NCBI GenBank assembly: GCA_963840515.1
Contig: CAWIZI010000010.1
Location: forward strand, 34,625-98,624
Reading direction: 5' to 3'
Origin: Terriglobia bacterium
Lineage (GTDB): Bacteria; Acidobacteriota; Terriglobia; Acidiferrales; UBA7541
Length of the DNA stretch: 64,000 nucleotides
Of this stretch, positions 45,803 through 55,362 are shown piece by piece. Position 1 is the first letter of the stretch, and the number at the start of each line of letters is the position of its first letter. A program made the position numbers and the translations under genes. The notes under the pieces were generated by a model. It saw only the letters and a program-made list of their open reading frames with translations, ran no database searches and had not been told where the DNA came from.

Positions 45803-46528
45803 ATGCTCAAATTCCAGGCCACCGAGCTGAGTAAGTCCTATCGCGGACGCAAGGTGGTAAATGACGTAAGTCTGGAAGTGCAGCAAGGCGAAGTTGTTGG
45901 GTTGTTAGGGCCAAATGGCGCGGGTAAAACGACCACCTTTTACATTCTGGTCGGTCTGGCGCGGCCCGATTCAGGGCAAGTTCTTCTGGACGGTGAAGAC
46001 ATCACCGATCTTCCCATGTATCTCCGGGCTCGCAACGGCATCAGCTACCTTCCGCAAGAACCGTCCGTCTTCCGCCAGCTAACAGTCGAACAAAATTTGC
46101 TCGCGGTTTTGGAAACGATCGCGCTTACGCCGGAACAACAGACCGATCGTCTGGAAGAATTGCTTGCACAGATGGGATTAGACCAGGTGCGCTATAATCG
46201 TGCGTACACTCTTTCCGGTGGTGAACGCCGCCGCTTGGAAATTGCGCGGTCACTGGTGCTGGAACCGGCATTTATTTTGCTGGACGAACCGTTTTCAGGA
46301 ATCGATCCGCTGACCGTCGTGGAATTGCAGCGCTTGATTTTGGAATTAAGCGCGAGCGGTATCGGAGTGCTGGTCACCGACCACAATGTGCCGGCGACAC
46401 TTTCGGTTACGCATCGTGCGTACATCATCAGCAATGGGAAGATTTCTTTTTCGGGCACGCCACAGGAATTGAGCGACGACGCCGAGGTGCGGCGCGTATA
46501 CCTGGGCGAGCGATTTCGGTTGCACTAG
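45803..46528 (+). CDS. lptB: LPS export ABC transporter ATP-binding protein LptB
   Basis: Walker [10 protein letters not shown], signature [13 protein letters not shown], Walker B ILLDEP. Conserved position before rpoN. Confidence 0.9.
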   Translation: MLKFQATELSKSYRGRKVVNDVSLEVQQGEVVGLLGPNGAGKTTTFYILVGLARPDSGQVLLDGEDITDLPMYLRARNGISYLPQEPSVFRQLTVEQNLLAVLETIALTPEQQTDRLEELLAQMGLDQVRYNRAYTLSGGERRRLEIARSLVLEPAFILLDEPFSGIDPLTVVELQRLILELSASGIGVLVTDHNVPATLSVTHRAYIISNGKISFSGTPQELSDDAEVRRVYLGERFRLH

Positions 46529-46557
46529 GAGGCCGCGAAAACACCGCGAGTCTTGGT

Positions 46558-48300
46558 ATGAGCTGGCTTTCGCCAAAACTTCATCTCAAAGTCTCGCAGA
46601 AGCAAATTCTGACGCCGGGTCTGGTGCAGATGGTCAGCGTGCTGGCGCTGAACCGGCTGGAATTGCGCGAAATGCTCAATCAAGAACTGGTGGCAAACCC
46701 CGTTCTGGAAGAACTCACCGAAGAAACTCCCGTCACCGACGATTACAGCGCAGAAACTTTCCTGAAAGCAGAAACAGAAAAACTTCCGGACACTGAAGCG
46801 AACAATCCCTTTGACGAATTCGATGTTTCCGCGCTGTATCAATATCTAGATTCCGGCGCCGGCGACGGCGCGAATCGTGAGCGCGAAACGATCGAGCGGC
46901 CCTCCTTTGAAAAATTTCTTTCCTCGCCAACCGGACTGACCGAACACCTGCAGTGGCAGCTCCACGGAATTGTCTGCACGGAAAAGGCCCGCGAAATCGC
47001 GGAGACCATCATCGGAAATCTGGATGAGGACGGATATCTCACCGCGTCGCTGGACGAGCTGGCCCTGAACGGCGGCTACGATATGGACGACGTGGAAGAA
47101 GCGCTGGCCGTCGTGCAGGAATTTGATCCACTGGGCGTGGCCGCGCGAAATCTGCGCGAATGTCTTCTGATTCAGCTTCACGTACTGGACCCCCAAAATA
47201 CTTTGGCGAAGCAGCTCGTCTCCGAATGTTTGCCGAAGAAAACCTTGGCGGCTGGCACCACCAGTCCCGTGCGAATTGCGAATGAACATGTGGCCGCTGA
47301 AAAAACTGTTATTGCCGCGCCGGATGCCGTCCCAGTTGAAGAAGATTTATCCTCCGATTCCGAAAACGGCGATGCCGCCGCACAGGAAGAAGCGCTGCCC
47401 GTCAGCGTGGAAGATCTCGCGGCAAACTTCGCGTCAGACGTAGTGGTGCCCGGCGCGCCTTCTGCGAATGGCTCTGCCAATTCCGCAGCTTCTTCGGCTG
47501 GATCTCCGCTTGTCGAGCCGGATTCGCCGCTCTGGAAATTATTGCAAAGCAATCAACTGAAAGAAATCGCGCGCGCCTTGAATCGTCCCTATGAATTGGT
47601 GAAGCGCGCGATGGACGTGATTCGCAAACTCGATCCGCGTCCCGGCCTGCGCTACAACAAAACGCAGCCGCGTCTCGTCGAGCCCGACGTTTATTTCCGA
47701 AAAGTTGACGACGAGTGGCAAGTTTTTCTGAATGAAGACGATCTGCCGCAACTTCGGCTCAGTCCTGTATATCGCCGCCTGATGGCCCGCGATGCCGCCG
47801 ACCGCGACGTTCGCAATTACGTGAAGGAACGTTTCACCGCGGCGATTCAGCTCCTAAAAAATATCGAGCAGCGCAAGCACACCATTTTGCGCGTCTGCCA
47901 GTCCGTGATTCGCCGCCAGGGAGAATATCTCGATCTCGGCGCGGATCACCTGCGTCCCATGATGATTAAAGAAGTGGCCGAGGAAGTTGGCGTGCATCCA
48001 TCCACCGTCAGCCGTGCGGTGGCCAGCAAATATGCGCACACGCCGCAAGGTGTCGTCGAGCTGCGCCAATTTTTCTCGGAATCGGTGAACGGGCCCGAGG
48101 GCGGCAACATGTCACTGCTCTCGCTGAAGCGCCTTGTGAAAAAAATGATCGAGGAAGAAGATTCGGCGAAGCCGCTGACGGACGACGCTATCGCGAAAAA
48201 ACTCAGCGATTCAGGAATTAATGTGACGCGCCGCACGGTCGCGAAATATCGCGAAGTTCTCCGCATTCCCAGCACGCATCAGCGCCGGATAAAGGGATAG
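46558..48300 (+). CDS. rpoN: RNA polymerase sigma-54 factor
   Basis: N-terminal Q/L-rich region I, LDPRPG core block, HTH EVGVHPSTVSRAV, and RpoN box TRRTVAKYREVLRIPS. At 580 aa it is long, with an acidic/Ser-rich insertion. Confidence 0.9.
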   Translation: MSWLSPKLHLKVSQKQILTPGLVQMVSVLALNRLELREMLNQELVANPVLEELTEETPVTDDYSAETFLKAETEKLPDTEANNPFDEFDVSALYQYLDSGAGDGANRERETIERPSFEKFLSSPTGLTEHLQWQLHGIVCTEKAREIAETIIGNLDEDGYLTASLDELALNGGYDMDDVEEALAVVQEFDPLGVAARNLRECLLIQLHVLDPQNTLAKQLVSECLPKKTLAAGTTSPVRIANEHVAAEKTVIAAPDAVPVEEDLSSDSENGDAAAQEEALPVSVEDLAANFASDVVVPGAPSANGSANSAASSAGSPLVEPDSPLWKLLQSNQLKEIARALNRPYELVKRAMDVIRKLDPRPGLRYNKTQPRLVEPDVYFRKVDDEWQVFLNEDDLPQLRLSPVYRRLMARDAADRDVRNYVKERFTAAIQLLKNIEQRKHTILRVCQSVIRRQGEYLDLGADHLRPMMIKEVAEEVGVHPSTVSRAVASKYAHTPQGVVELRQFFSESVNGPEGGNMSLLSLKRLVKKMIEEEDSAKPLTDDAIAKKLSDSGINVTRRTVAKYREVLRIPSTHQRRIKG

Positions 48301-48309
48301 CCGGCTCCC

Positions 48310-49188
48310 GTGAAACGAAAAACCAGTCGCGACGGCCGCCAACTGGTGATCCTGACCGGGCTAAGCGGCTCGGGCAAAAGCACCGTTCTGAAAACTTTCG
48401 AGGATTTGGATTTTTATTGCGTCGATAACCTGCCCGTAGATTTGATCCCCACTTTCAGTGAAATGCACTTCGGCGGTACCAGTGAAATTTCCCGTGCCGC
48501 GCTTCTGGTGGACGCACGCGAAGGCGCGCAGCTCACGCGTTTGCCAGAAACAATTCGCCAACTTCATCGTGAAGGATTGCCAGCGGAATTGGTTTTCATC
48601 GACGCATCTGATGAATCGCTGTTGCGGCGGTACAGCGAGACGCGCCGGCCACATCCGTTAGGCCACGACCGATCCGTCCGCGAAGGTTTGAAACGCGAGC
48701 GTGTGCTGATGGAGCCAATCCGGAAAATGGCGGACGTGGTCATCGACACGACAAAATTCAACGTCCACGAGTTGCGGCGATTCATCACCGATCGTTTTCA
48801 CACGCGCGGCAAACGTCCGCTTCTGATTTCTCTGGTCAGTTTCGGATATCGCTTCGGAATTCCGGGCGACGCTGATTTAATTTTCGACGTGCGCTTTCTG
48901 CCCAATCCGCATTTCATCGCGCGATTGCGTCCATTCTCCGGAAAAGATCCGAAGGTGGCGCGCTACATCCGGTCATTCCCGCAGACCGGCGAATTTCTGA
49001 AGCGCATTGAAAGTCTTCTGCTATTTCTGATGCCGCATTACATTCAGGAAGGAAAAAGTTATTTGACGATCGCATTCGGCTGCACCGGCGGCAGGCATCG
49101 TTCCGTAATGCTGGCTGAGTCAGTGCGCCGCGCGCTCGCCAAGCACAAGTTTCCAGCAAAGGTTACGCACAGGGACATCAACAAATAG
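48310..49188 (+). CDS. rapZ: RNase adapter / nucleotide-binding protein RapZ (YhbJ family)
   Basis: LVILTGLSGSGKSTVLKTFEDLDFYCVDNLP, FDVRFLPNPH and IAFGCTGGRHRSV. GTG start. Confidence 0.9.
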   Translation: MKRKTSRDGRQLVILTGLSGSGKSTVLKTFEDLDFYCVDNLPVDLIPTFSEMHFGGTSEISRAALLVDAREGAQLTRLPETIRQLHREGLPAELVFIDASDESLLRRYSETRRPHPLGHDRSVREGLKRERVLMEPIRKMADVVIDTTKFNVHELRRFITDRFHTRGKRPLLISLVSFGYRFGIPGDADLIFDVRFLPNPHFIARLRPFSGKDPKVARYIRSFPQTGEFLKRIESLLLFLMPHYIQEGKSYLTIAFGCTGGRHRSVMLAESVRRALAKHKFPAKVTHRDINK

Positions 49189-49328
49189 CGGCGCGTGATT
49201 TTGTCTTTCTCCGAAGTAAAATTTATTCGTAAACAAGTGTTCGCGGCGTGGCAACCGCATGTGGCGCTTACGCGTCACAGTGAAGGGAAAAACGCCCGTA
49301 TTGAACGAATGTTGACGGGCGACTTTCA

Positions 49329-51218
49329 GTGATTATTCCTATCGAATTTCGGCGATTGCTCGGCACCGTGCGGCTCTACCGCGCGCGGTTGAGCTTGGGC
49401 GTGATGTTCCTCCTTGTCGCCGGGTCCGGCAGCGCATTGATGGCGCTGTTGATTCGGCCGATTCTGGATAGCGTTCTCGATCCGAACGGCCAGCTTCCGG
49501 GCGCGCTCACACCTCTGGTTACTTTGCCGTGGAACAAGCACGTCATTTATCTGAATTCATTTTATCCGCATTGGATTAAGAATTCCTGGCCGGTTTTTGC
49601 AATTTCGCTGCTCGTTATTTTTGTCGTGAAAGGCCTCACGGAATTTGTCGGCACAATGACGGTGCAATATGTCGGCCTTTCCGCGGTTACCGACCTTCGG
49701 AACCGCGTTTATGCGAAATTGATTCGCCAGCCCATCGGATTTTTCCAGCACCACACAATCGGGCGCCTGATGTCCGCCACAATTAATGATGTTGAGCGCG
49801 TGCGCATCGCGATGTCGGAATATCTTGCTGATTTTTTCCTGCAGGTATTTAGCTTTGCGGCGCTCGCCATCGTGGTTTTTGTTGTGAACTGGAAAATGGC
49901 GCTCGGCGCGATGGTATTTCTACCCGCGGTGCTTTTGCCGATTGGAAAACTTGGAAAGTTGATTCGCAAGTCTGTCCAAAAAAGCCAAACCCGTCTTGGC
50001 GAATTGAATCAAATGATTCAGGAAGGCGTGGCGGGGAATCGAGTTGTAAAAGCTTTTGGCATGGAAGGTTTTGAAATTGAAAGATTCCGCGATACCGCAC
50101 GGCGTTTGCTGAAGGAAAATGTGCGCTGGGTCAGCGCTTATGTTTTGAACGGCGTGCTGATGGATTTGCTCGGCGCGGTGCTGATCGCGCTCGCGTTGCT
50201 TTATGCGCGCGATCAAATCAATCACGGCGCAATGACGGTCGGAGAATTCGGCACGTTTGTCTTCGCCATGCTCAGCGCTTACACGCCGCTAAAGCGCGTC
50301 GGAAGTTTTTATCAGCAACTCGAGCAAGCCCGCGGCGCCACCGCCGAGGTCTTCGATTTCCTCGCGCTCAGCGAGGAAGAATCTGAAAAGTTGGGCGCTG
50401 TTACATTGCCTGCATTTTCTCGCGATGTTGTACTGGAGAAAGTTAGTTTTGCCTACGAGCAGGAATCACCGGTGCTGCGCAACATCGATTTGACCGCACG
50501 CGCCGGAGAAGTCGTTGCAATCGTCGGTTCCAGCGGCTCTGGCAAGACAACTCTCGTAAATCTTTTGCCCAGATTTGCTTCGCCAGATTCCGGCACCGTT
50601 CGATTCGACGGGCACAACATCGAGAACGTGACGTTGAAATCTTTGCGCGAACAGATCGCCATCGTCACGCAGGAAAATATTCTGTTCAACGACACCGTCT
50701 GGAACAATCTATGCTACGGTCGCCCCGGCCTGCCGAAGGAAAAGGTAATCGCTGCCGCGCAGGCAGCATGGGCGCACGACTTCATTTCCGAAATGCCAAA
50801 TGGCTATCAAACCATGTTGGGCGATCGCGGCCAGCGGCTAAGCGGCGGCCAGCGCCAACGCCTCGCAATCGCGCGCGCGATTCTGAAAGATTCTCCGATT
50901 CTAATTCTCGACGAAGCCACCTCCGAACTCGACTCCGAATCGGAAATGGAAGTGCAAAAGGCGCTCGCGAATTTGATGGTTGGCCGCACCGTGTTCGTGA
51001 TTGCTCACCGTCTTTCCACAATTCGCCGCGCAAATAAAATTGTGGTTCTCGACGGCGGCACCATCTGCGAACGCGGCACGCATCAGGAATTGCTGGCGCG
51101 CGGCGGTTTGTACAGCCGTCTTTACGAAATGCAATTCGCGGATGCCGACGCTCCGCTGCAGCCATCCATCGAATCCGCCGAAGTGGCCGAACCGGAATCG
51201 GCAAAAGGAATCGCATAA
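49329..51218 (+). CDS. msbA: ABC transporter permease/ATPase, MsbA-like lipid exporter
   Basis: Six-TM exporter domain followed by GSSGSGKTT, LSGGQRQRLAIARA and ILILDEATS. GTG start. The MsbA assignment rests on context only. Confidence 0.65.
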   Translation: MIIPIEFRRLLGTVRLYRARLSLGVMFLLVAGSGSALMALLIRPILDSVLDPNGQLPGALTPLVTLPWNKHVIYLNSFYPHWIKNSWPVFAISLLVIFVVKGLTEFVGTMTVQYVGLSAVTDLRNRVYAKLIRQPIGFFQHHTIGRLMSATINDVERVRIAMSEYLADFFLQVFSFAALAIVVFVVNWKMALGAMVFLPAVLLPIGKLGKLIRKSVQKSQTRLGELNQMIQEGVAGNRVVKAFGMEGFEIERFRDTARRLLKENVRWVSAYVLNGVLMDLLGAVLIALALLYARDQINHGAMTVGEFGTFVFAMLSAYTPLKRVGSFYQQLEQARGATAEVFDFLALSEEESEKLGAVTLPAFSRDVVLEKVSFAYEQESPVLRNIDLTARAGEVVAIVGSSGSGKTTLVNLLPRFASPDSGTVRFDGHNIENVTLKSLREQIAIVTQENILFNDTVWNNLCYGRPGLPKEKVIAAAQAAWAHDFISEMPNGYQTMLGDRGQRLSGGQRQRLAIARAILKDSPILILDEATSELDSESEMEVQKALANLMVGRTVFVIAHRLSTIRRANKIVVLDGGTICERGTHQELLARGGLYSRLYEMQFADADAPLQPSIESAEVAEPESAKGIA

Positions 51219-51220
51219 AA

Positions 51221-52165
51221 ATGGCCAACTCTGCTTCGCGCACCGCCGCTAATCCTGCTGGATTCAAATCCATGACGGGTTTCGCCGAAGCGCGCATGGA
51301 ACGCGATGGCTGGGCGTTGCGCGCAAGTTTGCGCAGCGTGAATCATCGTTTTCTGGACGTGCATCTCCGAATTCCCGAAGGCCTCGAATCGCTCGAGCCG
51401 GAAATTCGCCGCGTACTCCGCGAACGATTGCACCGCGGCCATGTGGACGTGAATTTGCGCGTCGATCCAGTTGGCGCAAGCGCCGTGGAAGTGAAACGCG
51501 ATCTCGCCGAGGCATATTTGCGCGCCGCCGATGATCTGCGCAAACAATTTGGATTGAAAACCGAGCCCGACTTGATCGCGCTGATGCGTTTACCCGGCGT
51601 GGTTGCCGCACCCGGCGCCCCCGCGGGCGGCCTGAGCGACGAAGCTCTCGAGAAATTGCGCGTGTTCGTCGCAGAATGTTTTGAACTCGCCGTAGCGCGC
51701 TTGGAAGAAATGCAACTCATTGAAGGAAAGACTCTCGCCAACGCAATGCGCATCCACTTGGCGCACGTGGAAGAAAACGCAAAACAAATTGCAGTCCTCG
51801 CCGAAAAAATGCGTCCTGCATTTGCGAAGCGATTGGAGACGCGAATCCGCGAGTTGCTCGGCGACGGCGCCGTAGATCCCGCGCGCCTTGCGCAAGAAGC
51901 TGCAGTCCTCGCCGAGCGTAGCGACGTCGCCGAAGAACTCGCCCGTCTGGCCAGCCACATTTCGCAATTCGCAAAACTTTTGGATAGCGCGGGCGAAGCC
52001 GGCAAAAAATTGGATTTTCTTTTGCAGGAAATGCAGCGCGAAGCGAACACTCTACTTTCAAAAACTCCTGGCGTGGAAGCCGGAGGGCTGCAAGTCACCA
52101 CGCTCGCGCTCGAGATAAAATCAGAGATAGAAAAGTTGCGCGAACAGGTGCAGAACATCGAATAA
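51221..52165 (+). CDS. yicC: YicC-family stress-induced protein
   Basis: MTGFAEA..., SVNHRFLDV, and a C-terminal LLQEMQREANTLLSKT...EIKSEIEKLREQVQNIE. Confidence 0.85.
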   Translation: MANSASRTAANPAGFKSMTGFAEARMERDGWALRASLRSVNHRFLDVHLRIPEGLESLEPEIRRVLRERLHRGHVDVNLRVDPVGASAVEVKRDLAEAYLRAADDLRKQFGLKTEPDLIALMRLPGVVAAPGAPAGGLSDEALEKLRVFVAECFELAVARLEEMQLIEGKTLANAMRIHLAHVEENAKQIAVLAEKMRPAFAKRLETRIRELLGDGAVDPARLAQEAAVLAERSDVAEELARLASHISQFAKLLDSAGEAGKKLDFLLQEMQREANTLLSKTPGVEAGGLQVTTLALEIKSEIEKLREQVQNIE

Positions 52166-52204
52166 GCGGCTATCATCTTCCCGGTACCAATCAGCCACCA
52201 GCGA

Positions 52205-52831
52205 ATGAACGCACCAACCACAGAGCCGTTAGTATTCGTGATTTCCGGGCCGTCCGGTTCCGGTAAATCCACGCTCGTACGCAAGCTGCTGGAGTTGCCC
52301 AATACGATATTCTCCATTTCGTGTACAACTCGCCAGCCCCGTCCAACGGAGAATCCCGGAAAATGGTATGATTTTGTAACTGAAGCCGAGTTCGACAAAC
52401 TTGTGCGTGAAGACGCTTTCCTGGAATACGCGCAGGTTTTCGGAAAGCATCGTTACGGCACTCCGCGGAAATGGTTGACCATCGCGCGGGAGACCGGCCA
52501 GGATTTAGTTTTGGAAATTGATGTGCAGGGCGCGGCGAATATTCGTGCGCAGGTTCCCGGCGCGGTTTCAATTTTTATCGTGCCGCCTTCTGCGGAAGAA
52601 CTGGAGCGGCGCATTCGCGCTCGCGGCCAGGATTCCGCCGAAGAAATTGATCGGCGTTTGAAGCGCGCGCGGCATGAGATGGAAAGTTTTGGGCTGTACG
52701 ATTTTATCGTTGTGAATGACGACCTCGAGCGGGCTGGACGCGAGGTGCACGCCATCGGGCTGGGCACGCGATGCCGCAGCAGCCGGGCGCGTCCGGTCGT
52801 AGAGCGAATTTTGAAAACTTTTGGAGGTTGA
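52205..52831 (+). CDS. gmk: guanylate kinase
   Basis: ISGPSGSGKSTL, SCTTRQPRPTE and YGT motifs. Confidence 0.9.
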   Translation: MNAPTTEPLVFVISGPSGSGKSTLVRKLLELPNTIFSISCTTRQPRPTENPGKWYDFVTEAEFDKLVREDAFLEYAQVFGKHRYGTPRKWLTIARETGQDLVLEIDVQGAANIRAQVPGAVSIFIVPPSAEELERRIRARGQDSAEEIDRRLKRARHEMESFGLYDFIVVNDDLERAGREVHAIGLGTRCRSSRARPVVERILKTFGG

Positions 52832-52836
52832 CCTTG

Positions 52837-53064
52837 ATGACGAATCAAAATCGTCCGCCGGAAAGCCGTTTTGCGTACGTAGTCGTAGCATCGCGGCGTG
52901 CCCGTCAGTTAATGCTGGGCGCCGCGCCGTTGGTGATTAATCCGCATTCGCCGAAGTCCACTCGAATCGCAATGGAAGAGCTGCAGAATTCCGTCCTCGA
53001 ATTCGATATTCCGCCGATTGCGCAAGGCCCCAGCGAAGAGGAGTTGAAGCGGCGCAAGGGGTAA
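52837..53064 (+). CDS. rpoZ: DNA-directed RNA polymerase subunit omega
   Basis: 75 aa with RFAYVVVASRRARQL. In the conserved gmk-rpoZ position. Start at ATG 52837. Confidence 0.8.
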   Translation: MTNQNRPPESRFAYVVVASRRARQLMLGAAPLVINPHSPKSTRIAMEELQNSVLEFDIPPIAQGPSEEELKRRKG

Positions 53065-53091
53065 CTCCGCTTCAGTCCACAGGATTCATCC

Positions 53092-54336
53092 ATGCGCGTT
53101 GCTTTGGGAGTGACGGGAGGAGTGGCGGCCTACAAGGCTGCTGAACTCGTTCGCCGTTTGCAACAGGATGGCCTTGAAGTTGAGGTCATCATGACTCGCC
53201 ACGCGCAGGAATTCATCACGCCGCTGACTTTCGCCGCGCTCACCGGAAGAAAAGTAATCACCGAAATGTTTTCCGCGAATGATGCCGCGCCCGCCAACGT
53301 CGAAAGCGCCATCGAACATATTGCCGTCGCGCAGCGAATTGACGCGCTTGTAATTGCGCCGGCCACTGCGAACAGCATCGCGAAGCTCGCGCAGGGTCTT
53401 GCGAATGATTTTCTCTCCACGCTCGCGCTGGCCACAACTGCTCCCGTAATTATCGCGCCCGCCATGAACGTCAACATGTGGGAGCATCCCGCGACACAAT
53501 TAAATTTGGAAACTTTGCGTGCGCGGCGTGTGCGAATCGTTGCGCCGGACGAAGGCTATCTCGCATGTGGAATGATCGGCTCCGGAAGATTAGCCAGCGT
53601 TGAGGCCATCGCCGCGACCGTGCGCGATGTCCTCGGAATTAAACACGATCTCGCCGCTGAAACAGTTTTGATCACCGCGGGCCCAACTTGTGAAGACGTT
53701 GATCCTGTCCGCTATCTGACGAATCGCTCGTCCGGAAAAATGGGTTACGCGCTCGCGGATGCAGCTCGACGCCGCGGCGCACGCGTAATTCTAGTCAGCG
53801 GACCGACTGCGCTAACCGCGCCGGATGGCGTTGAATTTATTTCTGTGCGAACCGCTGCGGAAATGCATCGCGCCGTTCGCGACAAGCTGGCCGAAACAAC
53901 CGCAATAATTATGGCCGCTGCCGTCGCGGATTTTCGCCCTGCGAATCCCGCCGCGGCGAAAATTAAGCGCGGTTCCGGCAAATTGACGCTCGAACTTGAA
54001 TCGACTCCGGATATTCTTGCGGACGTTTCGCGTGAAAACGGTTCACCGTCGAACGCGCAAAGCCGGCGCATCATCATTGGCTTCGCCGCCGAAACAAATG
54101 ACGTTGTGGCCAGCGCGCGAAAAAAACTTATGTCAAAGAACGCAGATTTGATCGTGGCCAACGACGTGACCGAACCCGGCGCTGGCTTCGACGGCGACAC
54201 AAATGTCGTAACACTATTTTCGCGCGACGCCGAAGAAGTTCGTCTGCCAAAGATGACTAAATTCGATGTTGCGGGCCGCGTCCTCGACGAACTCGTGCGC
54301 CTGCGCTCCATAGTTTCCGTGCCTGTCCGCAAATGA
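53092..54336 (+). CDS. coaBC: bifunctional phosphopantothenoylcysteine decarboxylase / phosphopantothenate-cysteine ligase
   Basis: GVTGGVAAYKA, PAMNVNMW, ITAGPTCEDVDPVRYLTNRSSGKMG and AAVADFRP. Confidence 0.9.
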   Translation: MRVALGVTGGVAAYKAAELVRRLQQDGLEVEVIMTRHAQEFITPLTFAALTGRKVITEMFSANDAAPANVESAIEHIAVAQRIDALVIAPATANSIAKLAQGLANDFLSTLALATTAPVIIAPAMNVNMWEHPATQLNLETLRARRVRIVAPDEGYLACGMIGSGRLASVEAIAATVRDVLGIKHDLAAETVLITAGPTCEDVDPVRYLTNRSSGKMGYALADAARRRGARVILVSGPTALTAPDGVEFISVRTAAEMHRAVRDKLAETTAIIMAAAVADFRPANPAAAKIKRGSGKLTLELESTPDILADVSRENGSPSNAQSRRIIIGFAAETNDVVASARKKLMSKNADLIVANDVTEPGAGFDGDTNVVTLFSRDAEEVRLPKMTKFDVAGRVLDELVRLRSIVSVPVRK

Positions 54337-54340
54337 TACG

Positions 54341-55279
54341 ATGGCCCGGCCGATGACTCGCGCCGCCGTTCCGCCCAACAAAGAAAGTCTCGCCGCGTGG
54401 CTCCAATATTTTCACGACCTGCGCATCGGCAGCTTCTATCGCGATCGCGGAGTTACTCCCGGCGGCGTTCTAGCTACGTCCTCATCCGCTCCGCTCGTCG
54501 GAGAAAATCCCGAACTCTCAGAATTGAAAGCCCAAATGGCAAAATCCAAAGCAGTCGCAACGCCACTGCCCGCCGGTTCGTACATTGGCTTTCCGCTGAA
54601 TCCGAATCTGGTTCCGGAAACTAATGCAGCGCCTGCGGCTAAGTTTGATCTCTCAGCAATCGGCCGCGACGCAGCTCTCTTCGCTGAACTCGAAAAAGTG
54701 AAAGGCGACACGCTCGAACTCATCCGCGCCGACATTGGTGATTGCACACGATGCCGCCTGTGTGAGCAACGCAACAAAATTGTTTTCGGATCGGGCAGCG
54801 CAAAAGCAGAATTAGTTTTCGTTGGCGAAGGCCCAGGACGCGATGAAGACATGCAGGGGCTTCCATTCGTCGGGCGCGCCGGAAAATTGCTGACGCAAAT
54901 GATCGAAGCAATGGGACTTACGCGCGACAAAGTTTATATTGCAAACGTCGTGAAGTGCCGCCCGCCGAATAATCGCCCGCCGGAAAAAGATGAAGTGGCC
55001 ACCTGCATTCCGTTCCTGCTGCGCCAGCTAGAAGTGATCCATCCAAAGGTAATCGTGTGCCTCGGCAGCACCGCCGCGCAAAATTTGCTGGGCACCATCA
55101 AATCCATTTCAAGCTTTCGCGGACAGTGGTTCGATTTTCGCGGCATGCAACTCATGGCCACCTATCACCCCGCGTATTTGCTGCGCAACCCTCCCGCGAA
55201 AGCAGACGTCTGGAAAGATTTGCAAAAAGTGATGGGCGTTCTGGGATTGAAAGTTCCCAAGGCCGTAAATAAGAGCTAA
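54341..55279 (+). CDS. family-4 uracil-DNA glycosylase with a roughly 125-aa N-terminal extension
   Basis: CTRCRLC Fe-S cysteines, VFVGEGPGRDED, FVGRAGKLL and ATYHPAYLLRNP. Confidence 0.85.
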   Translation: MARPMTRAAVPPNKESLAAWLQYFHDLRIGSFYRDRGVTPGGVLATSSSAPLVGENPELSELKAQMAKSKAVATPLPAGSYIGFPLNPNLVPETNAAPAAKFDLSAIGRDAALFAELEKVKGDTLELIRADIGDCTRCRLCEQRNKIVFGSGSAKAELVFVGEGPGRDEDMQGLPFVGRAGKLLTQMIEAMGLTRDKVYIANVVKCRPPNNRPPEKDEVATCIPFLLRQLEVIHPKVIVCLGSTAAQNLLGTIKSISSFRGQWFDFRGMQLMATYHPAYLLRNPPAKADVWKDLQKVMGVLGLKVPKAVNKS

Positions 55280-55362
55280 GTTTCGATTGGGGCTCGATAC
55301 CTAGATCACCGCGCCCGCGAAGTTCGACGAATCTCTCCCGCCTGCTAAACTATTCGCCGGCC

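Noticed and set aside
40000-46000. Search for a BMC-P pentamer (EutN/CcmL-like, about 90-100 aa), additional BMC-H/T genes, PduL/Pta, acetate kinase, aldolase or an alcohol dehydrogenase near the BMC-H gene
   Set aside because: None of the track ORFs here or anywhere else in the window shows those motifs. I therefore do not call a complete microcompartment locus, only the two-gene module.
51343-52398. 351-aa minus-strand ORF
   Set aside because: It is antisense to yicC and gmk, which have clear family motifs, and it reads as Ser/Arg-rich low complexity.
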